In this document: piece after piece, positions 1-9,382 of the stretch
Layout: each line of letters starts with the position of its first letter
How positions within the stretch are numbered: position 1 is the first letter of the stretch
Source of the DNA: a virus
Taxonomy: Duplodnaviria > Caudoviricetes
Strand: one strand, 5' to 3'
Virus record (IMG/VR): IMGVR_UViG_3300027782_000029
Location: 32,001-96,000 of that record
DNA length: 64,000 bases
Notes under the pieces: model-generated
The model's database searches: none
Seen by the model: only the letters and a program-made list of their open reading frames with translations
What the model was told of the DNA's origin: nothing
Made by a program: the position numbers and the translations under genes

Positions 1-106
1 TGCTCTTGGATAGGCCATTCATTTCATCTGGGCTTAGCTGTGCTGCAGCAAAGTCTAGTTCTTCGACTTGGTTATTTGAAAAAGGTAAATACTTACTTAG
101 GGCCAT
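1..106 (-). CDS. Partial CDS running off the left edge (MALSKYLPFSNNQVEELDF...), unknown virion-module protein
   Basis: ATG at 106 opens a stop-free frame to base 1; same strand as the structural module; TACTAT -10-like hexamer just upstream. Confidence 0.5.
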   Translation of the reverse strand, partial: MALSKYLPFSNNQVEELDFAAAQLSPDEMNGLSKS

Positions 107-169
107 AGCGGTTTTGTACTCCAGGAATAGGTTTTATCACTGTATAGTACAGTTTATGTTGATTTATTT

Positions 170-379
170 TCAGCTTTGAATGCCGGCGTCTTCAAAGGTC
201 TTCTTAAGGATGATCTGCTTTACGGCTTCAATCCAAAAAATTGTCTCTGGCTCTGAGAAATCGCTCTTGTAAGCAAGGTTCTGATTGCTAATTTCAATGA
301 CAACCTGAAACTTCTTTGTCTCTGCGTCAACATCTACTTCTGGGGTTACTACTTCTGGGGTTACTTTTTGTTTTGACAT
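170..379 (-). CDS. Small hypothetical protein
   Basis: 69-aa ORF coupled to the 379..570 ORF (TAATG overlap). Confidence 0.6.
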   Translation of the reverse strand: MSKQKVTPEVVTPEVDVDAETKKFQVVIEISNQNLAYKSDFSEPETIFWIEAVKQIILKKTFEDAGIQS

Positions 380-570
380 TATTTTACTTTCTTTACTGTT
401 TCTGTTGGAACCTCAAAATCATCTTTTACAGATGCGGTTTGAAGCTGTTGGATTTGTAGTGACAATTGTTTAACAGTGGCTTCTTTTACCACTAGCTCAG
501 TTATCAACTGAGAAACTTTTTCTTGAAATGTTTGAATAATTAGATTTACATCTAAGTTAGACTCTTGCAT
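379..570 (-). CDS. Small coiled-coil hypothetical protein
   Basis: 63-aa ORF with a heptad-like Q/L/K pattern; typical small gene downstream of tail fibres. Confidence 0.6.
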   Translation of the reverse strand: MQESNLDVNLIIQTFQEKVSQLITELVVKEATVKQLSLQIQQLQTASVKDDFEVPTETVKKVK

Positions 571-615
571 TGCTTCTCCTAATATAGAAATTACTTGTAG
601 AGTATATCACTTGCT

Positions 616-2952
616 TTACTGTGCTGCAAGTTGTGCTTCTAAATATTCAACTCTTTCAATAAGATTCTGGAATGAACTTATCAATAATGCCGTTGCTTCG
701 TCTTTTCTCCAGTTTACTGGTTCAAAATATAGTTCATTATTCAAATCCTCTAGTGTCATTAACTCATCTGCGCTACGCTTTCTTCCCTCATCAGTAAATC
801 CATACTGAGATAATTCTGGAGCGTCTTTTGCTACTTCTTCCGCTATTAGTCCATAGTGATAATCCAACTGTTTAACTTGATAAGAAAAATCTGTGTCATG
901 CTTTATATTTTTTTTAAAAGTATATTTAACAACGTTAACTTTTTTTAAAATATTTATTGACTCTTGTGATGATATATTTAATACGTTTTCTTTGTATTTA
1001 AGACTTGAACTATCTCTAGATAGCACGTATTTACCTTTATTTGGTGATGGTTCCCAAAATCTTGCGACTCCTCCACTGCCACTTGTTGTTGTATCATCAA
1101 ACCAAATATCATTACCAGATCCTGTTAAGGCACTGCCTCTCATTACCAGATCAGAGTTAATGTACATGTTGTATTGAGTCGTATCAGTGCCCGTGTCGTC
1201 TGCTAGGTTAATCTCTAGGTGCCTTTTTTGACTCCATGCACCGTTAAGAAACTTAGCTGGCTCTAATACCACAGCTTCTGGGATGGTTCCGACAGCTGCC
1301 CTATATCTTACATTTAACGCACCGTCTACATTTCCTATTTTTGTTTCTTTTCCTAATGCACTTAATATCCAAATTTGTCCAGAGGTACTTCCACCAGTAC
1401 CGTCAGCTCTGATTTGCAGTCCTAAATCATTCGTAGATCCTGTTGCATATACGTTGTTGGTAAAAGTGTTACCAGATCCATCTACCCTAAATAAATTGTT
1501 AGTACTATTAAAAGTTGAACCATTAATTGTTGAAGCACTGACAGTGCCAGTAAATGTTGCTGATCCATCTGAGTTAATCGCAACAGTATTTGTACCAGCA
1601 GCATTGTAAGCTTTTAGCCCACCAGAGTCTAAAAGTATTCTAGCTCCAGTTGTAGCGTTGTTGATGTTGACGCTATTTAGATTAATTGTACCAGTTGTTA
1701 TTACTCCACCAGAAATGCTAGTAACATTAGCATTTACTCCAGCTGGTTGAACAGCTGTTGCTCCAGTTGCTGCATTGCTAACAACCGTTGAAGCAGCTGT
1801 TGATCCTATAGTTACAGTTCCATCAATTGTTAGCGTAGTTCCGTCATAATATAGCTTACTTCCTATGGAAAATTTATTTGCGGATACACCGTCAGCTGTA
1901 TTATAGCCAACAAAAAATGGAGAATTTTTATAACCAGTTCCACCAAACTGTAAAGTATTTGTTCCTATTGTCAATCCACCAGCGGTTGAACCACTTATAG
2001 TTGCATTGGTTGTAATTGCTCCAGTGACTGTGAGAGTATTATTGTCCCACTGCATATAGTTTGTAGAGTTTCCAACTTTTAATAAAGATCCACCAGTAGC
2101 TCCACCAGTTGGATTAAAAGAAAGCTGATTAGTCGCATCTCCTACAACGAATTCTGAATTACCTGCACTATTTGCAGAGTTTCTTGCCCATCTATTATTT
2201 GCGTTGATAAAAATAGAATTAGCAGACAGCGTTCCTCTAATTGAGGCAGCATCAAACTCTGCAGTTCCGTCTCCTTTAATTATCCAACCTTGACCAACTC
2301 CTACTCCTCCAGTTACGTAGTTCGAAGATCTTAATACTGCTGTTCCGTTAGGAGGAGTGTAAGAAGTTTGTATGCCTGGTTGGGTAAGGATAATTTCGTG
2401 TGCACCGATTGTTCCAGCTGTTATCTTTGCAGCAGTCAGATCTTGAATAAATTGACTTTCAATTAATTGCGTAGTTGCATTGGCAGAGGCAGAGGAAAAA
2501 GCTCCTGCATTTCCTGCAGTATTTACAGCTCTCACCTTAGCCTTGTAGACAACGTTAGTTAGAGTACTTCCAACTAAGGTTGTATTTTCAAGGTCAGAAA
2601 TAACAACAAGATTAGACTTTGTTATTCCAGAAACCATAGCTCCATCTGTTGTTGTGGATGCTCTTGCCTTTAAGGCTGTTTCAGTAACATCACTTGCTAG
2701 ATATATCTTATACTCATAATAATCAAGATCAACCATTGACGCATGATTGAACCTGAGCATTGCAGACTTAAAGTTGGCTGCCAACAAAACGCCAGTAATA
2801 CTAGATGGGCTGGATACAACGCCTGGAGTCTGAACTCTTATTGTATCTGGAATAGCATCAATAGCAGATATCTCTGTATTCTTTGGCTTTAAACTAAATA
2901 GATAATTAGTTGCTGGTTTTAATCCAGTTATAGTTTTTTTAATTGTTGCCAT
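616..2952 (-). CDS. Tail fibre/spike protein with N-terminal fibronectin-III-like domain and C-terminal intramolecular chaperone (peptidase S74-like)
   Basis: FN3-like YKAKVRAVNTAGNAGAFS; G/T/N/S-rich beta repeats; C-terminal SSSLKYKENV...YGLIAEEV...coiled coil typical of the S74 auto-chaperone. Confidence 0.85.
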   Translation of the reverse strand: MATIKKTITGLKPATNYLFSLKPKNTEISAIDAIPDTIRVQTPGVVSSPSSITGVLLAANFKSAMLRFNHASMVDLDYYEYKIYLASDVTETALKARASTTTDGAMVSGITKSNLVVISDLENTTLVGSTLTNVVYKAKVRAVNTAGNAGAFSSASANATTQLIESQFIQDLTAAKITAGTIGAHEIILTQPGIQTSYTPPNGTAVLRSSNYVTGGVGVGQGWIIKGDGTAEFDAASIRGTLSANSIFINANNRWARNSANSAGNSEFVVGDATNQLSFNPTGGATGGSLLKVGNSTNYMQWDNNTLTVTGAITTNATISGSTAGGLTIGTNTLQFGGTGYKNSPFFVGYNTADGVSANKFSIGSKLYYDGTTLTIDGTVTIGSTAASTVVSNAATGATAVQPAGVNANVTSISGGVITTGTINLNSVNINNATTGARILLDSGGLKAYNAAGTNTVAINSDGSATFTGTVSASTINGSTFNSTNNLFRVDGSGNTFTNNVYATGSTNDLGLQIRADGTGGSTSGQIWILSALGKETKIGNVDGALNVRYRAAVGTIPEAVVLEPAKFLNGAWSQKRHLEINLADDTGTDTTQYNMYINSDLVMRGSALTGSGNDIWFDDTTTSGSGGVARFWEPSPNKGKYVLSRDSSSLKYKENVLNISSQESINILKKVNVVKYTFKKNIKHDTDFSYQVKQLDYHYGLIAEEVAKDAPELSQYGFTDEGRKRSADELMTLEDLNNELYFEPVNWRKDEATALLISSFQNLIERVEYLEAQLAAQ

Positions 2953-3909
2953 TTAAGTTATTGTCCCTGTTGTGCTAAAAATTATTCCTTCGTATATTTC
3001 TTCATCTTCTAGTTCTAAGTTATAGTTTTTATTAAAAGAATATTGATTAATTTTAAAATCTTTATCAGAAGAGTTAATATTTTTTTTGTCTAATATTTCT
3101 ATCTCAAAAGAAAACGATCCATATAGATCTTCGTAAGAAGTTAATATATCTAAAGTTCTAATATCAATAGAAAATATTACTTCATCTTCAAGAGTAGTAG
3201 AATTATATAGATCAATCTCTTGTGATTTAACTTCCATTTGACCAGTGGTGGTCAAGGATGTTTTGTTAATCTTTATGGATATTATTCCAGAGCTAGGAGT
3301 TTTTTGTCCATTAATTTTTAATAGTGGACCGCTAAAAGATCCAAGAACTCTATTTCCAGGAGTGTTGCTTTTTTGATTTTGCCAAGAACCATCTCCAGGA
3401 ATAAACGAAACTGCGGAGATTCTAGAGTTTGTACTATCTGCTTTTACTACATTAGAATAATAGTTAACAGCGTTTGCCCCTTGTGCTATAAAGTTTGCAC
3501 CATTAGGATTAGCAGTCTGATAATACGAACCATCTGTTAACTGCATATACTGGATATTATCATTATGATAGTAAACATAATAATTGCCCGCAGGAACTGA
3601 TCCAGAAGACGCTTCGGTCAAAGCTTTAAAGCATAGGTTTGTATCGGAATCTATAATGCTATAAGTTAATCTATTAGTTGTATCGGTTTCGTAGACAACT
3701 ACATAAGAGTCGTCATCAAATCCAACATCTATTGATCCGTCTTGCTTTTTCGAATAAACTCTACCTATGTTGACATCTTCCATTGAAACATAGATCCAGT
3801 CTCCAACTTTTAAATTTTCTGATGCAGCACTAAAAGCAATCTTTCTTCTTACAGCTGGGTAAGCAACAGCTGGAGGTGTTGCATTTGATGTGTAGTTAAA
3901 CCATGCCAT
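2953..3909 (-). CDS. Putative virion structural protein (beta-rich)
   Basis: 318-aa ORF tightly packed between the tail fibre and the upstream structural gene. Confidence 0.55.
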   Translation of the reverse strand: MAWFNYTSNATPPAVAYPAVRRKIAFSAASENLKVGDWIYVSMEDVNIGRVYSKKQDGSIDVGFDDDSYVVVYETDTTNRLTYSIIDSDTNLCFKALTEASSGSVPAGNYYVYYHNDNIQYMQLTDGSYYQTANPNGANFIAQGANAVNYYSNVVKADSTNSRISAVSFIPGDGSWQNQKSNTPGNRVLGSFSGPLLKINGQKTPSSGIISIKINKTSLTTTGQMEVKSQEIDLYNSTTLEDEVIFSIDIRTLDILTSYEDLYGSFSFEIEILDKKNINSSDKDFKINQYSFNKNYNLELEDEEIYEGIIFSTTGTIT

Positions 3910-3911
3910 AG

Positions 3912-5486
3912 TTATATCTCTTTATAGAGTATCTCAAACTCATAAGAGTTTGCGCTGTCGTCATTAATTTCAATCTCAAAAGAAGCTTCGTACTGGACGT
4001 TGCCACCTATCAATAATACCTCATTAAGACCTGTTAAAACTAAGTTCTGATAAGGTTTAGTTAATGTTGAATCATAGTATGCATTTCGTGCAGATTCGTA
4101 GTCAATTGCGTCAGCTGGTATTGCAAGACTTCCATCGGTACCGTCATGCTTATGGACAGCAAGGTCTATGCCTCCTATGGTTATTCCAGACGCTATGTCC
4201 ATATTGCCTTCTATGGTTCCACCGTCTGATCTAAGATATTGTGGGTGGGCATTGCCGTCTAAGTCGTCTAGGTCATTGTGGGAAGATCTAAGGCCTCTTC
4301 TGTCGCTTTCATCAGGCTCTATTGCCATGAATGTTTCTTTGTATGAATCTAAATCTTGTATAGCGTCGGTTATTAGTATCTTGCTTCTTTTTGTGCCCTT
4401 TACTTCAAGCTGCATAAGATAGTTGATGTATCTTCTTTTCAGTCTTATTGCTTGTAGTAGTGCATCAAACTTATTGTAGAACTGATTGTTTCTTTCAACA
4501 ACGTCAGCAGTTATTGCACCTAGGTTTCCTGTTATTGCACTTTCTGCAGTAAACATCTCTTTAAGAAGTGTAGGGATCTCTTTTCCGATCTCAGTTGTTT
4601 TGAGGTCGTACATCATTGGCTCAATTACCTTAGACATAACATTTAACGCCGGCATTAAATAATTATTATAAAAAGTTCTTGATGTGTCTTGACTATCTCT
4701 TTTTATTAAATTTAATAAGGTTTGAATTTCGGTTGTTAGTGAATTTATTTTGATAGAAAAAAACGCTTGGAATTGCGAGGCTTGTCTTTCAGATATTTGA
4801 TCCACTTCGGCATTGGGGATAGATACTGGTCTTGATGTGATTTCAACTGCAATTTGTTTCGTGTAGTGTGTTGTTGTCTTCGCCCAGTCTGCGAAGTACT
4901 TTGAGATTTGTGCTTCGGTATCATTTCTATACTCTTCCCCCAGATAGTGTATGGCGATGTTTTTTAATATAGTTAATTCACTTAAAGTGTACTTTAGTGC
5001 TTTTCTTGCTTCTACTAAGTGTCCAAAAGTTGAATGACTGATTATTAGGTCATACTCTTTTATGAACGCTCTACATGATCTGCATAAATGTTTTTCTGCA
5101 AACAAGTATTGAGGGTAACAAATAAAACCTGGTTCTTGCATGATTGAAGCTGTTGGATCTGACTTTAGTACATCTTTCCAAACCGCAGAATGGGCAACCT
5201 CAAGTTCTATACTTGCATAAGGGTCTATGTTGACCTGGTCAAGATTTTCTTCTATCTCATTTATCATTCCGCTTATATGGAATTCAGCTTGAGTAATATA
5301 ATTTCTTAGTTCTTCTATTGATATCTGTGACTTTTCGGTACTTAAGTTATTTCTTTTTGTACCTGTTTTAATTTGTTCAAATGAATTCAATCTTTCTTCA
5401 GAAGAGATAAATGAACTAACTGATTCTGGAGAATCAGAAAAAGCGTCTTCAATTGCTGAGCTTTCGCCTAAACCATATTTAGCCAT
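3912..5486 (-). CDS. Putative virion protein: helical N-terminus, tail-fibre-like C-terminal motif
   Basis: 524 aa; C-terminal HNDLDDLDGNAHPQYLRSDGG...HKHDG resembles repeats seen in tail-fibre proteins. Confidence 0.5.
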   Translation of the reverse strand: MAKYGLGESSAIEDAFSDSPESVSSFISSEERLNSFEQIKTGTKRNNLSTEKSQISIEELRNYITQAEFHISGMINEIEENLDQVNIDPYASIELEVAHSAVWKDVLKSDPTASIMQEPGFICYPQYLFAEKHLCRSCRAFIKEYDLIISHSTFGHLVEARKALKYTLSELTILKNIAIHYLGEEYRNDTEAQISKYFADWAKTTTHYTKQIAVEITSRPVSIPNAEVDQISERQASQFQAFFSIKINSLTTEIQTLLNLIKRDSQDTSRTFYNNYLMPALNVMSKVIEPMMYDLKTTEIGKEIPTLLKEMFTAESAITGNLGAITADVVERNNQFYNKFDALLQAIRLKRRYINYLMQLEVKGTKRSKILITDAIQDLDSYKETFMAIEPDESDRRGLRSSHNDLDDLDGNAHPQYLRSDGGTIEGNMDIASGITIGGIDLAVHKHDGTDGSLAIPADAIDYESARNAYYDSTLTKPYQNLVLTGLNEVLLIGGNVQYEASFEIEINDDSANSYEFEILYKEI

Positions 5487-5498
5487 AATATTTTTTTC

Positions 5499-7376
5499 CT
5501 AAAATGTCGATCTTTTAATTCTAGAAGAAGGTTTTCTTCCACTTCTTTTTTTGAATCCAAGTACGTTTTCCGAAACTGCTTCTGCTCTTCCGCTAACAAA
5601 CCCAGAGCCTTTTTCTTTTTCATTGCCTTCTTCACCTGATTGTTTCGGCATAAAGAACGTGTTAGAAAAAGATTCTGTATTGGTAGCAAATCTTGCTTTG
5701 TGCAGCTCGCTATAGTTCTGAGTGATAGACAGCAGAGCTAACATCAAAGCGTCGTGTGCATGGTCGACTGCTGAACCGCCAGCTTCGAATACTGGTCTTC
5801 CTGTTTGAGTAGTTCTAACAACAACATAAGAGATTAGTTGCATAAACATTTCATCATCTTTTGCTGGAAATACAATTGATTCTTTTTCCAAATACTGACG
5901 CAGGTTGTCTACCATGTAGGGTTTAATTTCTTTTTTAACAACCTGTTTAGTATAAGGATCTCTAATGTCTATTGTTTCGCTGAAGCTAACTCCTTTTACT
6001 CTTGTCTTTAATCCTGATATTGGATTTTCTACGCCATACTTATGAAGAAGCTCTACTTGCACTTCTCCATATCCACGGTCAACATAAATATGTTTAGGCA
6101 TATAGATGTCGTTTAGCTCTACGATTCTAGATACAGCTTTAGTTAGAGTGTATTCTGATCTTTCAATTTCTTCTCTGTACGCAAGTTTTACTTTGTTTCT
6201 AAATCTAGGATCTTCATATGCGTCAGAGCAAACTTCAAGAACAACTATATTTGTTCCTGCTCCGTACTTGTCCCAGTCAACACCAATGGTGTGAAAGCTT
6301 CTTGCAGAAGTCATCTCTGGATTATAATTCCAGCTTGGCTCAATAAAGGCTTTGTCTACGTACTTGCGCGGGTACACGCCTTCAGCGTCTTCTCCCCAGT
6401 CTGCTTCAATTTCGTGTCTGTATCCAATTTCAGAATACTGTTCTCTAAACTCATCTTCTTGTTCTTTAGCAAAGTATGGGTTGCAGTATGAAGGAAACCA
6501 AAACTCTTTAAATCTTTCTGATCTACACCACTCCCAAAATCTTTCTCGTCTACCCGTTGGAGTAGACGCACCAATTAGAACTTTGTCTGGCTGATCTTCT
6601 GCTGTTTTCTGCAGCATTGCGTACAGTGCATCGAGGTCGTCCGCATGCATGTAGTCCATTTCGTCAAGAACAATAACATGGGCTTCCTGACCACGAGCTA
6701 CGTCAGACTTTCCACCAGAACGCATTCCTGATGTAAAGAATCTAATTGTTGACCCATTACTAAATTGAATCATAAACTGAGGGCTTGTTACTTTTCTTGT
6801 GATTGAATTTAGAACAATCTCATTGTTAGCTGCTAGTCTTAAAATCTCTTGATAAATTAATTCTACGTGAGATTTCATTGGAGCAATGACTAAACATCTT
6901 CCGTCCTTATGGGTATAACTATAGTGAAGCAAATATACTGCCATACTAAAAGTTTTGCCCAAACGACGACCAGCTCTTAATACTTTTCTTGAAGCAGGAT
7001 CTCTTAGAATGAGAGTTTGATAGACTCTTGTCTCTACATTTAGAAACTGTCTTGCCCATACACATGGGTCTTTAGCTATGTGTATTTGCCTTTGTTGCTC
7101 AGCAGAAATGCCAGCATCTAGCAACTCTTCATCTATTTCAAAAGGTTCATCTATCAATAAGGCAAGTTCTCTGTTGGTTAATTCTCTACCTGATATTGGA
7201 GAACCATCTGCCCAGTTTAGGTGAGTAAGTTTATTTTCAAAAACCCATTCAATTCTATTAATCTGCTTGTACGTTTCAACGTCTTGAGCTTTTATTATTT
7301 CTAAAAGATCTTCTTTAGACAGCTTTTCTAAGTCTTGTCTAAACTTTTTAGTTTTATTTGAAATTGATAAGCTCAT
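5499..7376 (-). CDS. terL: Terminase large subunit
   Basis: Walker A AGRRLGKT, Walker B IVLDEMD, coupling motif ASTP, RNase H-like nuclease GVDWD and C-terminal DHAHDAL. Confidence 0.92.
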   Translation of the reverse strand: MSLSISNKTKKFRQDLEKLSKEDLLEIIKAQDVETYKQINRIEWVFENKLTHLNWADGSPISGRELTNRELALLIDEPFEIDEELLDAGISAEQQRQIHIAKDPCVWARQFLNVETRVYQTLILRDPASRKVLRAGRRLGKTFSMAVYLLHYSYTHKDGRCLVIAPMKSHVELIYQEILRLAANNEIVLNSITRKVTSPQFMIQFSNGSTIRFFTSGMRSGGKSDVARGQEAHVIVLDEMDYMHADDLDALYAMLQKTAEDQPDKVLIGASTPTGRRERFWEWCRSERFKEFWFPSYCNPYFAKEQEDEFREQYSEIGYRHEIEADWGEDAEGVYPRKYVDKAFIEPSWNYNPEMTSARSFHTIGVDWDKYGAGTNIVVLEVCSDAYEDPRFRNKVKLAYREEIERSEYTLTKAVSRIVELNDIYMPKHIYVDRGYGEVQVELLHKYGVENPISGLKTRVKGVSFSETIDIRDPYTKQVVKKEIKPYMVDNLRQYLEKESIVFPAKDDEMFMQLISYVVVRTTQTGRPVFEAGGSAVDHAHDALMLALLSITQNYSELHKARFATNTESFSNTFFMPKQSGEEGNEKEKGSGFVSGRAEAVSENVLGFKKRSGRKPSSRIKRSTF

Positions 7377-7379
7377 ATT

Positions 7380-8822
7380 TTACCCAAAGTGAGCAGCCAT
7401 CATTCCAGCCTCAGAACCTAACATACTTCTTGCGTTAAGTCTTGAATTTTGAATTGCAGCTACACCTCTTGCTCGTGAAGTTGCAGCAACTTCGTTATCT
7501 CTATAGCCCATGCCAAACAATGGTTTGTTCATAGACCCCTGCATAGATTTTACAGCATCCTTGGCAAAGTTTCCAGCTGCCATCACACCTTTACCAGCTA
7601 ATTTACCTAAGTCATAAACTAAAGCTACGTTTCCAACAATGCTTGCACTTCGGAGTGCAAAAGCTCCACCCCTTTTCATTAATTCGCCTCTTAATATTCT
7701 TGCTGCTGCTTTATCTCCAGCTTCATCTGCCATCTTAGCCATTACTCTAATGTTGCTTTGCTTAGGAAGAAATTTACCAAGTGCGCCTGGTCTTGCTACC
7801 CTATCTCCAAACCTACCTAGATTATTAAAACTAGTACCTGCTCCAGAAAGCATTTCTGAGACAGCAGTTGTATTTCCGGTGTTAGCGAATGCTCTGCCAA
7901 GAACTCCTTCTAGTCTTTTGTATGCGTTAGTTCCCACAAATTGCGATGGGTTCATTGCAGTTCCAAGGCTTTCGGTCATAGATCTAGTAAATATGCCACC
8001 TTGACTATTGGACAGCCCTCTAAGTCTTCCAACGCTACCAACACTAGCAACAGGACTTGGTGGACCCATAAGGCCAGGAGCAAGAGTGGGCTTAACGTTA
8101 GTTAGTCTTGCGATGTTTGTGTCTAAACCTGTTAATTTTTTTTCTACTCTTGCAAGCTTGCGACTAGCTCGACCTACTGATTTTCCATCAAGTGATCTGG
8201 TCAATATTTTATCATTTAGTTTTGTGGCTTTACTTTCCAAGGAGAAGGTCTTATGCATCGTAGACATTCTACCTAAAACGCCTCCAGCCATCAGATCTTC
8301 TGTAGAGCCAGAATCTATGATACCTCTACCTTCTAGCACTCCTCTTAGTCCTACTTTTTCTAAACCTTTTCCAAGCATCTTTGCGCCTTGGAATGGTGTA
8401 TATAGGCCTGTTGCGTCTGCATTTCCATTTAATGCAGATACCGATGGCATTCTTCGGAATGATCTTACAGAGCCAACATTTGCCTTAAATGATTGTTTAA
8501 GAAATGGAGTCTTGCCTGCTGCTGCTGCGGAAGCTCCTCTGAACTTAGAAAACATAAACGCATTTGGACTTGCTGGCATAGTATTGTTGCCAATGAACGA
8601 ACCAAATTTAGCAGCTCTTTTTGCTTGCCTTGCACTGCCTACTGCTGCTTTATCAAGGAACCCACCCTTGAACATTGTATTTTCAAATCTTCTCATGTTC
8701 CAGGCCATAGTATGGCTGATGGCTGGCATGTTTTCTGCCATCCTCATGAAGAGTGGTGCTTGAGGACCAGCTAGGTCACTGCCCATTTCTGGCTCAATAA
8801 TATTGCCTTCGCCGTAAGCCAT
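7380..8822 (-). CDS. Basic Gly/Ala-rich protein, putative internal/ejection virion protein
   Basis: 480 aa, G/A/R/K-rich, low complexity, next to terL. Confidence 0.5.
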   Translation of the reverse strand: MAYGEGNIIEPEMGSDLAGPQAPLFMRMAENMPAISHTMAWNMRRFENTMFKGGFLDKAAVGSARQAKRAAKFGSFIGNNTMPASPNAFMFSKFRGASAAAAGKTPFLKQSFKANVGSVRSFRRMPSVSALNGNADATGLYTPFQGAKMLGKGLEKVGLRGVLEGRGIIDSGSTEDLMAGGVLGRMSTMHKTFSLESKATKLNDKILTRSLDGKSVGRASRKLARVEKKLTGLDTNIARLTNVKPTLAPGLMGPPSPVASVGSVGRLRGLSNSQGGIFTRSMTESLGTAMNPSQFVGTNAYKRLEGVLGRAFANTGNTTAVSEMLSGAGTSFNNLGRFGDRVARPGALGKFLPKQSNIRVMAKMADEAGDKAAARILRGELMKRGGAFALRSASIVGNVALVYDLGKLAGKGVMAAGNFAKDAVKSMQGSMNKPLFGMGYRDNEVAATSRARGVAAIQNSRLNARSMLGSEAGMMAAHFG

Positions 8823-9379
8823 TAGCCTCTCCTCGAGTTGTGCATTCCTAGAACTATATTTCCATTAGCGTTAAGAGATTGTGCTGTCATTAAAGATGAG
8901 TTACCAGATCTTCCATATTTTTGCGCGTTTCCTGCAGCTTCTCTCATTCCAATCATGCCAACAGATCCTGCGCCAATTCCTGCTCCAACAGTTGCACCAG
9001 CAATAGCCCCACCTATTGCACCTTTTATTCCATAATTTTTTCCACCTAATATTCCGCCACCTAATGCTCCCCCAAGCCCTCCAAGCCCTCCAGCAACAAC
9101 TCCACCTTTAGCTATAACCCCAAGAGAGTTGGCTCCATACATGCTTAGTGCACCTGCGTTAGCAAACCTGAACGGGAGTCCTGCTGCTCCAGATACTCCT
9201 CCAGCTAATGCTAAGCTTGGGGTCAAGTCAGTTCCAAGAACTGCTTGATCTGCTTGCGGATTATCAAAGGCAATATCCATAGCATTGTCGATTGTGCCAT
9301 TAGCAACTTTTTTAAACATGCCTGCGCCAAAAGCCCCAGCTAAAGCTGTGCCCATTAAAACTTTTCTACCTATAGCCAT
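8822..9379 (-). CDS. Gly-rich hydrophobic protein, putative ejection/pilot protein
   Basis: 185 aa with GGLGGLGGALGGGILGG glycine-zipper-like segments. Confidence 0.5.
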   Translation of the reverse strand: MAIGRKVLMGTALAGAFGAGMFKKVANGTIDNAMDIAFDNPQADQAVLGTDLTPSLALAGGVSGAAGLPFRFANAGALSMYGANSLGVIAKGGVVAGGLGGLGGALGGGILGGKNYGIKGAIGGAIAGATVGAGIGAGSVGMIGMREAAGNAQKYGRSGNSSLMTAQSLNANGNIVLGMHNSRRG

Positions 9380-9382
9380 TTT